The notes below the pieces were generated by a model, which was given only the letters and a program-made list of their open reading frames with translations, was not told the origin of the DNA and searched no databases. Source: Gammaproteobacteria bacterium (GTDB taxonomy: Bacteria > Pseudomonadota > Gammaproteobacteria > Ga0077536). Taken from it: a stretch of 64,000 bases of DNA. Location: assembly GCA_963662545.2 (NCBI GenBank), contig CAXXLL010000002.1, positions 1,632,001-1,696,000 of the forward strand. Direction: 5' to 3'. This document shows positions 18,054 to 27,962 of this stretch, in pieces. Each line of letters starts with the position of its first letter. The stretch's first letter is position 1. The translations under genes and the position numbers were made by a program.

Positions 18054-19781
18054 TCAACTCGCGCGCCGTACGGGTTTCTTGCTGTTTTGCAGTGCCTCGT
18101 CGTAGCCGTATTTCTCGCGCGCCTGTTCAGGGCTTACGTATCCTTCGCTCACGTCCTCGCTGACCGCTTCGCGCGCGCGTTCGATGGGGTCGCCGTATCC
18201 GCCCCCACCGGGCGCCATCACCTGCACGCGGTCGCCGGGCTTCATCGGCACGTTCGAGTATTTGCTGGGGCTGACTTTGCCGAAGGCCTCGGCGATCGTC
18301 TGCCATTGCGTGCTGCCGGCGGCCTGGTAGAGCGTCGCCCCGGGCAGACCATCCATGCCGCCCTTCAGCCCCCAGGCCGTTAACTTGTGCTTATTGGTCA
18401 TCTGGCTGATCAGCATCTCACCCGTGCACAGCATGGTCTTGGTGTTGCTCAGCCCGCCGCGATGGCGTCCCGGTCCGCCTGAATCGGGACGCAGGGCGTA
18501 CTCTTCGACGATCCATGGGAAGCGCGTTTCGAACACCTCCATCGGCGTGTTCGCACAATTTCCGTTGATCGAGTCCGTCGCGTCATTGCCGTCGGCAAAT
18601 GAACGGCCACCGTAACCGACGTAGCTGAAATCAAATCCGCCGTACGGTTCGTCATTCATTTCATCGTAGCCGCCGAAGACGAAGCAGCCGTGCGTCGTGC
18701 CCTCGGATGCCATCACGCGATCCGGCACGCACTCCGCCATGGCGCCGAAGATCGCGCACACGATGACCGGATGCGTTTCGGTATTGCCGCCGACCGAGGA
18801 ACCGGGGTAATTGACGTTCATGACGGTGCCCGCCGGCGCGATCACGCGAATCGGTCGGAAGCAGCCCGAATTCTTGGGGATCGTCTGATCCGTCAGGTGC
18901 AGCATCGCGTTGATCGCGGCCGACCAGGCGACGCCGAGGGTCGCGTTGATCGGGCCCTTGGCCTGTGGCGAGGAACCGGTGTAGTCGATCACCACTTCGT
19001 CGCCCTGTACGTATACCGCCACGTGGATTTCGAATTCGCGATCCTCGATGCCGTCGTCTTCCACACGATCGACGAAGGTGTACTTGCCATCCGGAAACGA
19101 TGCGATCTCGGCTCGCATGCGCCTTTCCGAATACGTCAGCAGATCGGTCACGGTCTGCCCGAAGACGTCTTTGCCATATTTTTTTACCAATTCGATCATG
19201 CGTCGCTCGCCCAGATCGACAGCGCTGATCAAGGCGCGCATATCACCGTAGTTGCCCCGTGGTGTGCGCACGTTGGCGAGCATCATCTTCCAGACTTCGG
19301 GTACGTCCTTGCCACGCTTGATGATCTTGACGGGCGGCACACGCAGGCCTTCGTGAAAGATCTCCGTCGCTTCGCCGGGAAAACCACCCGGCACCATCCC
19401 GCCAACTTCGACAAAATGGCCGATGCAGACGGCGAAGGCGGTGATCTCGTTGTCGACGAAGATGGGTTTGAAGACTGTGTGCTCCGGGGTGTGGAGCCCG
19501 CCGCGGTAGGGATCGTTGTGCACGATCACGTCGCCTTCCCCCATTTCTTCCAGCGGTACTTCTTTGACCATGGAACGCACGAGCAATGGAACGCCCCCTA
19601 TCTGCGCCGGACAAAAGTCAGCCACGGCAATCATCTCGCCGTCGGGGCTCGCCAGCGCGCAGGTGAAATCCTCGGCTTCGCTGAAGATCGTCGAATAGGC
19701 GGTTTTCTGAACGTTGATACCCATTTCACGGGTGATCGCGACCATCGCCGATTCGATGATGTTCAGGTTGATCATGTCCAT
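18054..19781 (-). CDS. hyuB: Hydantoinase B/oxoprolinase family protein
   Basis: NDPYRGGLHTPE, HFVEVGGMVPGG, EIFHEGLRVPP, DSGGPGRHRGG and GGGGYGDP. Confidence 0.9.
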   Translation of the reverse strand: MDMINLNIIESAMVAITREMGINVQKTAYSTIFSEAEDFTCALASPDGEMIAVADFCPAQIGGVPLLVRSMVKEVPLEEMGEGDVIVHNDPYRGGLHTPEHTVFKPIFVDNEITAFAVCIGHFVEVGGMVPGGFPGEATEIFHEGLRVPPVKIIKRGKDVPEVWKMMLANVRTPRGNYGDMRALISAVDLGERRMIELVKKYGKDVFGQTVTDLLTYSERRMRAEIASFPDGKYTFVDRVEDDGIEDREFEIHVAVYVQGDEVVIDYTGSSPQAKGPINATLGVAWSAAINAMLHLTDQTIPKNSGCFRPIRVIAPAGTVMNVNYPGSSVGGNTETHPVIVCAIFGAMAECVPDRVMASEGTTHGCFVFGGYDEMNDEPYGGFDFSYVGYGGRSFADGNDATDSINGNCANTPMEVFETRFPWIVEEYALRPDSGGPGRHRGGLSNTKTMLCTGEMLISQMTNKHKLTAWGLKGGMDGLPGATLYQAAGSTQWQTIAEAFGKVSPSKYSNVPMKPGDRVQVMAPGGGGYGDPIERAREAVSEDVSEGYVSPEQAREKYGYDEALQNSKKPVRRAS

Positions 19782-19842
19782 GCCGTCACCCTCCGTTTAC
19801 CGCTCACCACTAGCTGCCGTCGTAGCTGTCGCGAATCACGCG

Positions 19843-20058
19843 CTACTCGGTTTCGTGAAGCCCTTCCTTGGGTAGCGGAATGCGGGGTTCTTCAATACCT
19901 TTCGCACGCGCGCCCGCCCATTCAATACACCAATTTGAACAGAACAGCTGTTCCTTGCCCGTGACATCAGCGTTGATGCCTTCACCGTAGATGAGGACGC
20001 CGCAGTTGTCGCATTTGACGTAGCGTTCGATGTAATAGCCATTGTCCGAAAATCTCAT
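19843..20058 (-). CDS. Small Cys-rich metal-binding protein (TRASH/MYM-like)
   Basis: CDNC...FCSNWC; GAGGAG/AGGA RBS; lies between hydantoinase A and B. Confidence 0.7.
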   Translation of the reverse strand: MRFSDNGYYIERYVKCDNCGVLIYGEGINADVTGKEQLFCSNWCIEWAGARAKGIEEPRIPLPKEGLHETE

Positions 20059-20083
20059 GTCCTTCTCTCCTCGACGCAGCGTT

Positions 20084-22120
20084 TCACGCGGTCGCGATTT
20101 CTCCGATCAATATGTTGCCGTACTCGTCGATGCGAACCGGGCAGCCCGGTGCTATCACCGTGACCGAGGCGTCCTCTTCGATGACGGCAGGTCCGGTCAT
20201 GCGATGCCCCGCCTTGAGTGTGTGCCGCTGAAAGACGGGCGTCGCTCGTGGACCGTCGTCGAAGATCACCTCGCGTTCTCCTTCGGGGACGGGGTCACCC
20301 GCGGCCGCGTCGAGTTTCGGTAGGTCCGGTTTCGGCCGCGCCGATACGGCCGTGATCTTGATGCTGATGAGTTCTATCGTCTCGCGGTGAATGTCAAAGT
20401 TGTAGCGCGCCTTGTGCGCGGCGTGAAACTTACCCCAAATGGACGCGATGCTGGCGTCGTCGAATGTTTCGAAGTCGATGGAGACTTCGAGTTCGTGATT
20501 CTGGCCGAAATAGCGCATCTCTAGCGAGCGGTAGAGTTCGATATTTTCGCCGTAGCCCTGGCGGGTTAGCGCCTCGATCGATTCACGGGCGAGATCGCCC
20601 ATGACCTGATTCGCATGTTCACGATTAAAGGCCTTGGACGTCATCTGCGTGGTTCGTTCGAGGTCGATGCGCGCATCGGTCATGATGAATCCGAAAGCGG
20701 AGAACTGCCCGGGGTGATTCGGTACGATACCGCTCGGGATATTCGCCTGCTGCATGAGATCGCAAATATGCACGGGACCGGCGCCGCCGAATGCGAGCAG
20801 GGTGAATTCCCGGGGGTCGAGTCCGCGTTCCGTCAATACCATGCGGAGCGCACCGACCATGTTGTTGTTCGAGATGTGCACGATGCCGAGCGCGGCGTCG
20901 GCGACGCTCCGGTCGATCTTAGCGGCGACGACGGCGACGGCCTGGCGCGCGGCGGCAGCGTCCAGCGTCATTTCGCCGCCCAGAAAATTATCCGGGTTGA
21001 TACGCCCGAGCACGACGTTTGCATCGGTTGCGCACGCATCCTTGCCGCCGCGCCCGTAGCAGGCCGGGCCGGGGTCGGCGCCCGCACTGCGAGGTCCAAC
21101 CTGTAGCATGCCACCCTTGTCGATCCAAGCGATGGATCCGCCGCCGGCCCCTATGGTGCGGATGTCGATCATCGGGATCTGGATGGGTACGCCGAACTCG
21201 ATTTCGAAGCTCGTGGTGAAGCTCTCGCGTCCGCCGACGACGGTGGACACGTCGGTCGACGTGCCCCCCATGTCGAGGGTAACCAGATGGTCGATGCCGA
21301 TCAGCCGTGCGATCTGTTTGGCCCCGACTACGCCCCCGGTCGGGCCGGACAGGCTCAGCTGGATCGGCGCGGCGCTCGCGGCATCGAGCGTCATCTCGCC
21401 GCCGTTCGATTTGATGACGGCAACCTGGCCGATGTCACTCTCGACGCGCAGCCGCCGTTCCAGCGCATCGAGGTTGGCCGCAACCAGAGGTTTCACGTAG
21501 GCGTCGGCGATAGTCGTCGACGAGCGTTCGTGTTCCTTCCATTTCGGCAGCAGTTCATAGGAGATGGAGACCGGTTTGTCGGGACAAACTTCGGCGAAGA
21601 TCTCGCGTACGCGGCGCTCGTGATCCGGTATGACGTAAGAGCACAGTAGGCAAATCGCGATGGATTCAATTTCGGGATCGCGGGCGATTTCCTGCGCGAC
21701 CAAGCGTGCCTGATCTTCGTCGAGCGGCCGGTAGACGCCCTCGCGCGGCGTGATGCGCTCGTCAATTTCGAAGCAGTGCCGCCGCTTGACCAGCGGTTTG
21801 GATTTGATCCAGGTGATGTCGTAATGGCTTTTTCGCTTGCCCCGCTGGATGAAGGGGACGTCCTTGAAACCGCGGGTGGTCACGAAGGCGACGTTCGCGC
21901 CTTTGCGTTCCAGGATGGCATTGGTCGCGATAGTGGTTCCAAAGCGCAGGTGGTCGATAGCGCCGTCCATGCTGGATCGGGCGAGCCCGTCGATAATGCC
22001 ATCACTGGGGTCGCGCGGCGTAGACAGGGTTTTCCATACCTCGAGCGCGCGCGTATCGGGTTGATAGGCCACGAAGTCGGTAAAGGTTCCGCCGACATCG
22101 ATACCGACTATACGTGCCAT
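20084..22120 (-). CDS. hyuA: Hydantoinase A/oxoprolinase family protein
   Basis: GIDVGGTFTD, GTTIATNA, SGPTGG, DMGGTSTD and SAGADPGPACYGRGG. Confidence 0.92.
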   Translation of the reverse strand: MARIVGIDVGGTFTDFVAYQPDTRALEVWKTLSTPRDPSDGIIDGLARSSMDGAIDHLRFGTTIATNAILERKGANVAFVTTRGFKDVPFIQRGKRKSHYDITWIKSKPLVKRRHCFEIDERITPREGVYRPLDEDQARLVAQEIARDPEIESIAICLLCSYVIPDHERRVREIFAEVCPDKPVSISYELLPKWKEHERSSTTIADAYVKPLVAANLDALERRLRVESDIGQVAVIKSNGGEMTLDAASAAPIQLSLSGPTGGVVGAKQIARLIGIDHLVTLDMGGTSTDVSTVVGGRESFTTSFEIEFGVPIQIPMIDIRTIGAGGGSIAWIDKGGMLQVGPRSAGADPGPACYGRGGKDACATDANVVLGRINPDNFLGGEMTLDAAAARQAVAVVAAKIDRSVADAALGIVHISNNNMVGALRMVLTERGLDPREFTLLAFGGAGPVHICDLMQQANIPSGIVPNHPGQFSAFGFIMTDARIDLERTTQMTSKAFNREHANQVMGDLARESIEALTRQGYGENIELYRSLEMRYFGQNHELEVSIDFETFDDASIASIWGKFHAAHKARYNFDIHRETIELISIKITAVSARPKPDLPKLDAAAGDPVPEGEREVIFDDGPRATPVFQRHTLKAGHRMTGPAVIEEDASVTVIAPGCPVRIDEYGNILIGEIATA

Positions 22121-22231
22121 CAGCGCCTTCTCCTGGACTTTAGGGACAGTCTCGCGCTAAAGAGCGTAGCAGATGTGCAGGTGGAATTGGTCGACGCTGC
22201 GGATTACCCGCCGCGGATGTACGACGAAAGT

Positions 22232-24700
22232 CTACTCGGCCCGGCGTTGTTCCGCCGCCCGCCGCAGGCCCTCGCCGATGCCTGGGCAAAGCGCCACCGC
22301 TTCCTGGACTTCCGAGCGGCTCAATTCGTAGAGTGCGCAGGCAGTCGCCGCACGGCAGGTCGCGGTGCGCGGTTCGTCTTCGAGAATGGCGATCTCGCCG
22401 AAGAAATCGCCTGCGAACAGGGTCGCCAGTTCGTGATCCTCGCCACCGTCGTCGCGTCTTAAGACCCGCATCACGCCGCGGGCGATGAAATACATCGTCG
22501 CCCCGGTCTCGCCCTGGCGAATGACGTCGTCGCCAGGCGCCACGGTGACGGGTTTCAGGCGCGCGACGATCTGCGCGACATCGGCCGTCGGCGCATCGGC
22601 GAAGAACGGTACCTTCTTTAACAGTTCGGAAGGATCGACGTCCAGTGCGGCGACCGTAACGCGGCCCAGGTTACGGATACGCAGATCGAATTGTTCGAGC
22701 AATTCTTCCCCGAGTCCGTGCGGCAGCGCGCCGGTATCGACATGCGCCTCAATAGCGTCCCGCTCGACGCGAAGGATCAAACGTTCGGCCAGTCGCATCT
22801 GCATGGCGGCGACGAATTCCGGAAACTGCTCGGCCCAGTCGTCGAGTCGTTTACGCGCGTCGTTACGACGCACCGTGTAATGTTCGCGCAGCTTATTGAC
22901 GGCCTGTCCACTCAAGGTTTGCGCTTCGCCCGCCTCGATTAGAAATTCCTCGACGCGCCGGCAGGCCTGAAATTCGGCCCAGGCAATCTGATAGGCGCGC
23001 GTCACCGCGCGCGTGCTCATATGGCGGGCAAGCGCCTTTGGCAAATGCGTGGCCAGGCGCTGGAACAGCGAGGTTTTCTCGATCGTTTCGCTGATGCTCG
23101 TGTCCGAAGGCAGGTGACCGTAATGTCGCAGTTCGTCGATCATGGCGGAGACGGCGTGGGCGGCGGCCCGGTAGGCATCCTCGGTGATGTGGTGGCGGGC
23201 GAACTGTTCGTAATAGGCCGCCTTTTCATTGGCCAAGCAACGCAGGTGCAGTACGCGCAGCTCCTCGGTTTCGTCGAGTTCGTGTACGCGTAATTCGGCG
23301 ATTGCCGCCCGCAGCTGGGTAATCTCCTCGCGGTGCTGTATCTCGAGGTCGCGCGCGATGCGCGCCGAGAACAGCCCACCCGCGCCGAGTTCAGGGATGC
23401 GGTCGACCGCACGCAATGACGATTCGACCATGGCCTCGTCGCGCGCGAAGCGATCCCCGGCGCTCGGGATGTCGAGTCCGAGCCAACGCATCAAGGGTTC
23501 CATCGTCAGACCTTGGACGATCAGAGTGAACAGCACGGCGCCCATGACGACTGCGGTAAATGCGCGCGTCCACTCGAAATCGCCGAGGCTTAATACGACC
23601 GCAATGGCGACGGCGCCGCGTAATCCGCCCCAGTACATCACGGTCTGATAGGAGCGAGAGACCGCTTCAGCGCCGGGCAGCCGGCCGAGCGCGGGAACGA
23701 GACTGTAGATCACCAACGCGCGGGAGATGAGCATGGCGAATATGGCGATCAAAAGTACATCGGCGAACAAGGCGAGGGCCTCGAGATCGATAGTCAAGCC
23801 GACCAGCAGGAAGATCAGGGCGTTGGCGACGAAAGAGATATAAGCCCAGAAATGCTCGATGTAGTCGCTGATGCCCGGTGACAGTTTGCTTCGACCCCAG
23901 CCCCCGATGGTGAGCCCCGCGGCGACGGTAGCCATGACGCCGCTGACGTGGAAGATCTCTTCGCCGACGATGAACGAGAGATAAGCCAGCACAGTCAGAA
24001 TCGATATCTCGATGGCCTGGTTTTCATAGACGGCGCCCAGGATGAAGCCGGCGGCGAGCGCCATCAGCCAGCCGACCAGAACACCGCCGATGAACACGAA
24101 CACGAATTCGAGCACGCCGTTCGCCACCGTTTCCCAGCTTGCGAACCCGGCGATCGCGATCGCGAGCAGGATCTTGGCGGCGACGATGGCGGTGGCATCG
24201 TTGAAAAGGCTTTCACCTTCGACCAGGACCGTCAGGCGCTGCGGCGCGCCGAGTTGACGGAACAGCGCGATGACGGCGACCGGATCGGTCGCCGATAAAA
24301 TCGCGCCCAGGACCAGCGCGGCGATGAAGGGAACGTCGGTCAGGGCGGCGACGAGTCCCGCGATCACGACCGTTGAAATCAGCAGGCCCGGGACGGCGAG
24401 GGTGAGTACCGGCAGGAGATTTTCGCGCAGCTGCCGCGCATCGAGATGCAACGCGGATTCGAAAATGAGGCTGGGTAGAAACACATAAAGAATGATGTCA
24501 GGCGAGATGTGGAACGCGAGCATCCGCGCCAACGATACCGGCAGCACGGGCGAGAGAGCCGTGATCCCGAGACCGACGATGACCAGGAGGATCGTAAACG
24601 GCAGATGCATTCGCTTCGCAAGTGCTAGAGTCGCCGAAGCCAGCAGCAACAAAATGCACAGGCCGAGTACGAGTTCGGCGATTGCGCTGTGATGTTCCAT
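22232..24700 (-). CDS. CPA1-family cation/H+ antiporter with a C-terminal cyclic-nucleotide-binding domain
   Basis: SATDPVAV, EGESLFNDA and WGGLRGAV in the transporter part; IRQGE...GDFFGEIA...PRTAT in the cNMP domain. Confidence 0.92.
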   Translation of the reverse strand: MEHHSAIAELVLGLCILLLLASATLALAKRMHLPFTILLVIVGLGITALSPVLPVSLARMLAFHISPDIILYVFLPSLIFESALHLDARQLRENLLPVLTLAVPGLLISTVVIAGLVAALTDVPFIAALVLGAILSATDPVAVIALFRQLGAPQRLTVLVEGESLFNDATAIVAAKILLAIAIAGFASWETVANGVLEFVFVFIGGVLVGWLMALAAGFILGAVYENQAIEISILTVLAYLSFIVGEEIFHVSGVMATVAAGLTIGGWGRSKLSPGISDYIEHFWAYISFVANALIFLLVGLTIDLEALALFADVLLIAIFAMLISRALVIYSLVPALGRLPGAEAVSRSYQTVMYWGGLRGAVAIAVVLSLGDFEWTRAFTAVVMGAVLFTLIVQGLTMEPLMRWLGLDIPSAGDRFARDEAMVESSLRAVDRIPELGAGGLFSARIARDLEIQHREEITQLRAAIAELRVHELDETEELRVLHLRCLANEKAAYYEQFARHHITEDAYRAAAHAVSAMIDELRHYGHLPSDTSISETIEKTSLFQRLATHLPKALARHMSTRAVTRAYQIAWAEFQACRRVEEFLIEAGEAQTLSGQAVNKLREHYTVRRNDARKRLDDWAEQFPEFVAAMQMRLAERLILRVERDAIEAHVDTGALPHGLGEELLEQFDLRIRNLGRVTVAALDVDPSELLKKVPFFADAPTADVAQIVARLKPVTVAPGDDVIRQGETGATMYFIARGVMRVLRRDDGGEDHELATLFAGDFFGEIAILEDEPRTATCRAATACALYELSRSEVQEAVALCPGIGEGLRRAAEQRRAE

Positions 24701-24712
24701 CCGACCCCGACC

Positions 24713-25438
24713 TCAACGGACCACTGCGGTACGCCGCCAATTGTCCCACAGCAGGCGCGCCAGATGATTGAAACCGACCATGTGTGAAGCGCAATCGGCC
24801 CGAAAATCGTCCAGACCCTGCGGACCGAGCTCGGCATGCAGCGCATCGCGATAGGCCGGGATCGCGCCCCAGTCATCGACCGTCGAATCCACCACTTCCA
24901 CATGAAACTGAAAACTGAAAGCCGTGCGCCCGACGGCGAGTGCCTGTATCGCGCAGGCCGGTGATTCTGCCAAAACGCGTGCGCCCGGTGGTGGTGAATC
25001 GACCTCCGCGCCATGCCATTGCAGGGCGGGAAACGACGCCGGCATGCCGGAGAAATATCCGCTCTTTACGCCGGCGGCGGTCAAGGCGACGTCCATCACG
25101 CCAATTTCAGCCTGCCGTGACTTGGCGACCCGGCCGCCGAGCGCGTCCGCCAGCAACTGATGGCCCAGACAGACGCCTAGATAAGGCCGTTGGAGTTCAC
25201 CGACGACAGTTCGGATCGCGGTCTTTTCCTGAGCGAGCCAGCCGTGTGCGTCCTCTTCCCACACGTCCATGGGTCCGCCCATGACAATGAGTGCGTCGTA
25301 GTTGGCGACGTCGGGCATCGCCTCGCCCTGATCGAGTTCGACCGTGTCCCAGCGGACCCCTTCCTCACGCATGAAATCGCGGAAGATACCCGGATGCTCC
25401 ACGTCAATGTGTTGCAAAACCAGAAATTGCTGCGTCAT
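24713..25438 (-). CDS. Type 1 glutamine amidotransferase-like protein
   Basis: MGGPMD, GVCLGHQ, LQWH and QFHVE motifs. Confidence 0.9.
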   Translation of the reverse strand: MTQQFLVLQHIDVEHPGIFRDFMREEGVRWDTVELDQGEAMPDVANYDALIVMGGPMDVWEEDAHGWLAQEKTAIRTVVGELQRPYLGVCLGHQLLADALGGRVAKSRQAEIGVMDVALTAAGVKSGYFSGMPASFPALQWHGAEVDSPPPGARVLAESPACAIQALAVGRTAFSFQFHVEVVDSTVDDWGAIPAYRDALHAELGPQGLDDFRADCASHMVGFNHLARLLWDNWRRTAVVR

Positions 25439-26190
25439 TCGAGCGGTTCTCGATCCCGGTTGTCCGGTCCGCCGCCGGTGGCGGTGATGCCGAGAAATGT
25501 GATGATCCACTGCTTGAGCATGCGATTGTCGTGTGCGCGGGCTAGCGAATGAAGTGCCGCAAGATAGGTCGTCTCCGGCATCCGATCCCGGCGCCATTCC
25601 ACCAGCTTGCGGATGAACTCCACGCTGAATTCGGGATGCCCCTGGACGCCCAGAATGCGATCGGTGAAACGGACGATGAAGTTTTCACAATGACTGTTAC
25701 GCGCGAGGCGCATGGCGCCCGGCGGCAGCGCAGTGACCTGGTCCTGGTGGCACACGGGCACCACGAACCGATCGCGCTGCGGACGCATCCAGGGCTCGTC
25801 GCTCAGCACTTCGTATTCTCCGATGCCGAGCCCCCAGCCCTGGGGGGCGACCTCAACCTGGCCGCCGAGTGCCTGGCCGAGGATCTGGTGGCCGAAGCAC
25901 AGCCCGACGATGGGCTGCCCGTTCTGCGCGACGCCCTTGATGAAGGTTTCGAGGCGCGCTATCCACGGCAGCGCATCGTAAGCGCCGTGGCGGCTTCCGG
26001 AGATGAGGTAACCATCGCACGTATTCGCATGCGGCGGCAGTTCTTCCCGTGTGATATCGAACACCTGCCACTCGATTTCGGTCGTTACCTCGTCGAACGC
26101 TTCGGCGAACATGTCAGGAAAATCCGGGAATTGCCCCGCAAACGGTTCCATCACGTGGTCGCAGAGCAGAAAACCGAGCCGGTATGCCAT
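25435..26190 (-). CDS. Type 1 glutamine amidotransferase-like protein
   Basis: ISGS, GLCFGHQ, HQDQV and QGHPEF; 4-bp overlap with the next gene. Confidence 0.9.
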   Translation of the reverse strand: MAYRLGFLLCDHVMEPFAGQFPDFPDMFAEAFDEVTTEIEWQVFDITREELPPHANTCDGYLISGSRHGAYDALPWIARLETFIKGVAQNGQPIVGLCFGHQILGQALGGQVEVAPQGWGLGIGEYEVLSDEPWMRPQRDRFVVPVCHQDQVTALPPGAMRLARNSHCENFIVRFTDRILGVQGHPEFSVEFIRKLVEWRRDRMPETTYLAALHSLARAHDNRMLKQWIITFLGITATGGGPDNRDREPLE

Positions 26191-26203
26191 AATTTTCCTT
26201 TAA

Positions 26204-26365
26204 GGAACCTCTGAATAAGTCATGGTGCGTCTGAATTGTTCATGAAATTGTGCAGATCAAGGCACGAAGCGCAGGCAATAGCGGGGACTATTGGCAAGGT
26301 TCGTAACGCTGAGCTGCGCGATTTAATGGGCAAGGCAGATGTGCCATGACTTATTCAGCGGTTCC
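26204..26365. mobile_element. MITE with IS5-like ends, 162 bp
   Basis: TIR GGAACCTCTGAATAAGTCATGG / CCATGACTTATTCAGCGGTTCC (21 of 22 match); flanks TTAA and TTGA; no ORF. Confidence 0.8.
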
Positions 26366-26484
26366 TTGAGCACCCAGCTTTTCTTTGCGTGTTATGCGTC
26401 TCTGCGAGAGTATCATCAAGGTCGCTTTCCAGCGCGGCGGGATCCGTGTCGTAGCGCTCATACTCTCATACAGAATTAGTTGAA

Positions 26485-27555
26485 ATGAAATTCGGCGTAT
26501 TTCTTCCCAACGGCAGCAACGGTTATATCCCTTCGGCGGGAAGTCCGGTCTACTTGCCGACCTTTCAACACAACAAGGACATATCGATCGAAGCCGAGAA
26601 GCAGGGACTGGATTTCGTCCTTTCGATGATGAAATACCGCGGCTTCGGCGGCGACACGGGCTATTGGGACGCCTGCCTCGAATCCTTCACCTTGATGGCA
26701 GCGCTCGCCGCCGTGACCAAGCGAGTCGAACTCTACCCTTCGATTTCGATCCTGAGTCAGCATCCCGCGGTCGTCGCGCGCATGGTCGCCACGATCGACG
26801 ACATCAGCGGCGGGCGCTGCGGCTTGAACATCGTCACCGGTTGGAATCGGCCGGAATACGCGCAGATGGGTTTGTGGCCCGGCGATTCCCATTACGAACG
26901 GCGTTATGACTACGCAGAAGAATATCTGACGATTTTGAGAGAACTTTGGGAAACTGGCCGCTCGAGTCAGAAAGGCGAGTTTTTCGAGCTCGACGATTGT
27001 GCGATGTACCCGGCGCCCAGCCGTAAGATTCCGATCGTCTGCGCCGGCCAGTCACCGCGCGGCAAGCAGTTCGTCGCCGAGATGGCGGATCAGCAATTCG
27101 TCATGACCGCCGACTCGAAGCTGGCACCGGGCGTGGCCGACATCAAGGACCGTGCGCGTAAAACGGGCCGCAAAGTCGGCATCTATGCGCTCTATCACAT
27201 GATTGTGGCCGACAGCGATGACGACGCGGTTCGCATGGCTGAAGAAATCGTCGCGCGCGCCGACCGCGGCGCGATTGCCAATATCCTGGCCAGCGCCGAT
27301 CTCGACACCAACGTGGACGGCACGAGTGACCACCTCAAGGCTGCCCTCGAGCTAGGCATAGAGGAAGGCAACATCGCCTTCATGAGCATTCCCGTCGTGC
27401 TCGGATCACCGGCCACGGTCGCCCGGCGAATCGATCAAATTTCTGAAAACACCGGCATTGACGGCATGCTGTTCAGCTGGCCCGACTTCGTGTCCGGCAT
27501 ACGCCGATTCGGCGAAGACGTAATCCCGCTGTTGAAATGCCTGAAAGCGGCCTGA
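26485..27555 (+). CDS. LLM-class monooxygenase, RutA (pyrimidine monooxygenase)-like
   Basis: GVFLPNGSNG, LSMMKYRGFGG, LESFTLMAALAAVT and CAGQSPRG resemble RutA. Confidence 0.85.
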   Translation: MKFGVFLPNGSNGYIPSAGSPVYLPTFQHNKDISIEAEKQGLDFVLSMMKYRGFGGDTGYWDACLESFTLMAALAAVTKRVELYPSISILSQHPAVVARMVATIDDISGGRCGLNIVTGWNRPEYAQMGLWPGDSHYERRYDYAEEYLTILRELWETGRSSQKGEFFELDDCAMYPAPSRKIPIVCAGQSPRGKQFVAEMADQQFVMTADSKLAPGVADIKDRARKTGRKVGIYALYHMIVADSDDDAVRMAEEIVARADRGAIANILASADLDTNVDGTSDHLKAALELGIEEGNIAFMSIPVVLGSPATVARRIDQISENTGIDGMLFSWPDFVSGIRRFGEDVIPLLKCLKAA

Positions 27556-27571
27556 GTTTGTTATAAACGCC

Positions 27572-27952
27572 TCAGGTTTTCTTCCTGGCGCGCCCCGGTT
27601 GCCGGTCTTTCTCCACGGCAGCGATCGCTTCGTCGTAAGGCTGGGTGTCGCCAGTCGCCACCGCCTCGAGTTCGATCTCGACGATGCGCAGGATTTCGCC
27701 GAGGTAGCTTTCGCGCCAGGCGGCGCGCTCGGCCATGACCGCGGCGCCTGGCTCGTAAGCCTCAATTTCGGCGCGCTTCAGCAGGCCCTTAGTTTCCAGC
27801 AAGCGTTCGATGGTATCGAGGCGATCACGTGCGACTGCCACCTCCCCGGCGAGTCCCATGACCATGGAGACGACCTTGTCGACATTCGGATCGTCGAAGA
27901 AATAGGGGCGTTCGCCCCGGGCCTTGCGCTTGAGCCGGCTGGTCGTGCCCAC
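27572..27952 (-). CDS. Conserved hypothetical protein
   Basis: ARGERPYFFDDPNVDK...LAGEVAVARDRLDTIERLLE; co-oriented immediately after the methyltransferase. Confidence 0.75.
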   Translation of the reverse strand: MGTTSRLKRKARGERPYFFDDPNVDKVVSMVMGLAGEVAVARDRLDTIERLLETKGLLKRAEIEAYEPGAAVMAERAAWRESYLGEILRIVEIELEAVATGDTQPYDEAIAAVEKDRQPGRARKKT

Positions 27953-27962
27953 CTGCCGGTTC

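Noticed and set aside
18690-19964. Long antisense ORFs here and at 15240-16436, 31407-32381, 34000-34917, 38241-39272 and 42989-44002
   Set aside because: They are shadow frames opposite well-supported genes, expected at this GC content, and carry no family motifs.
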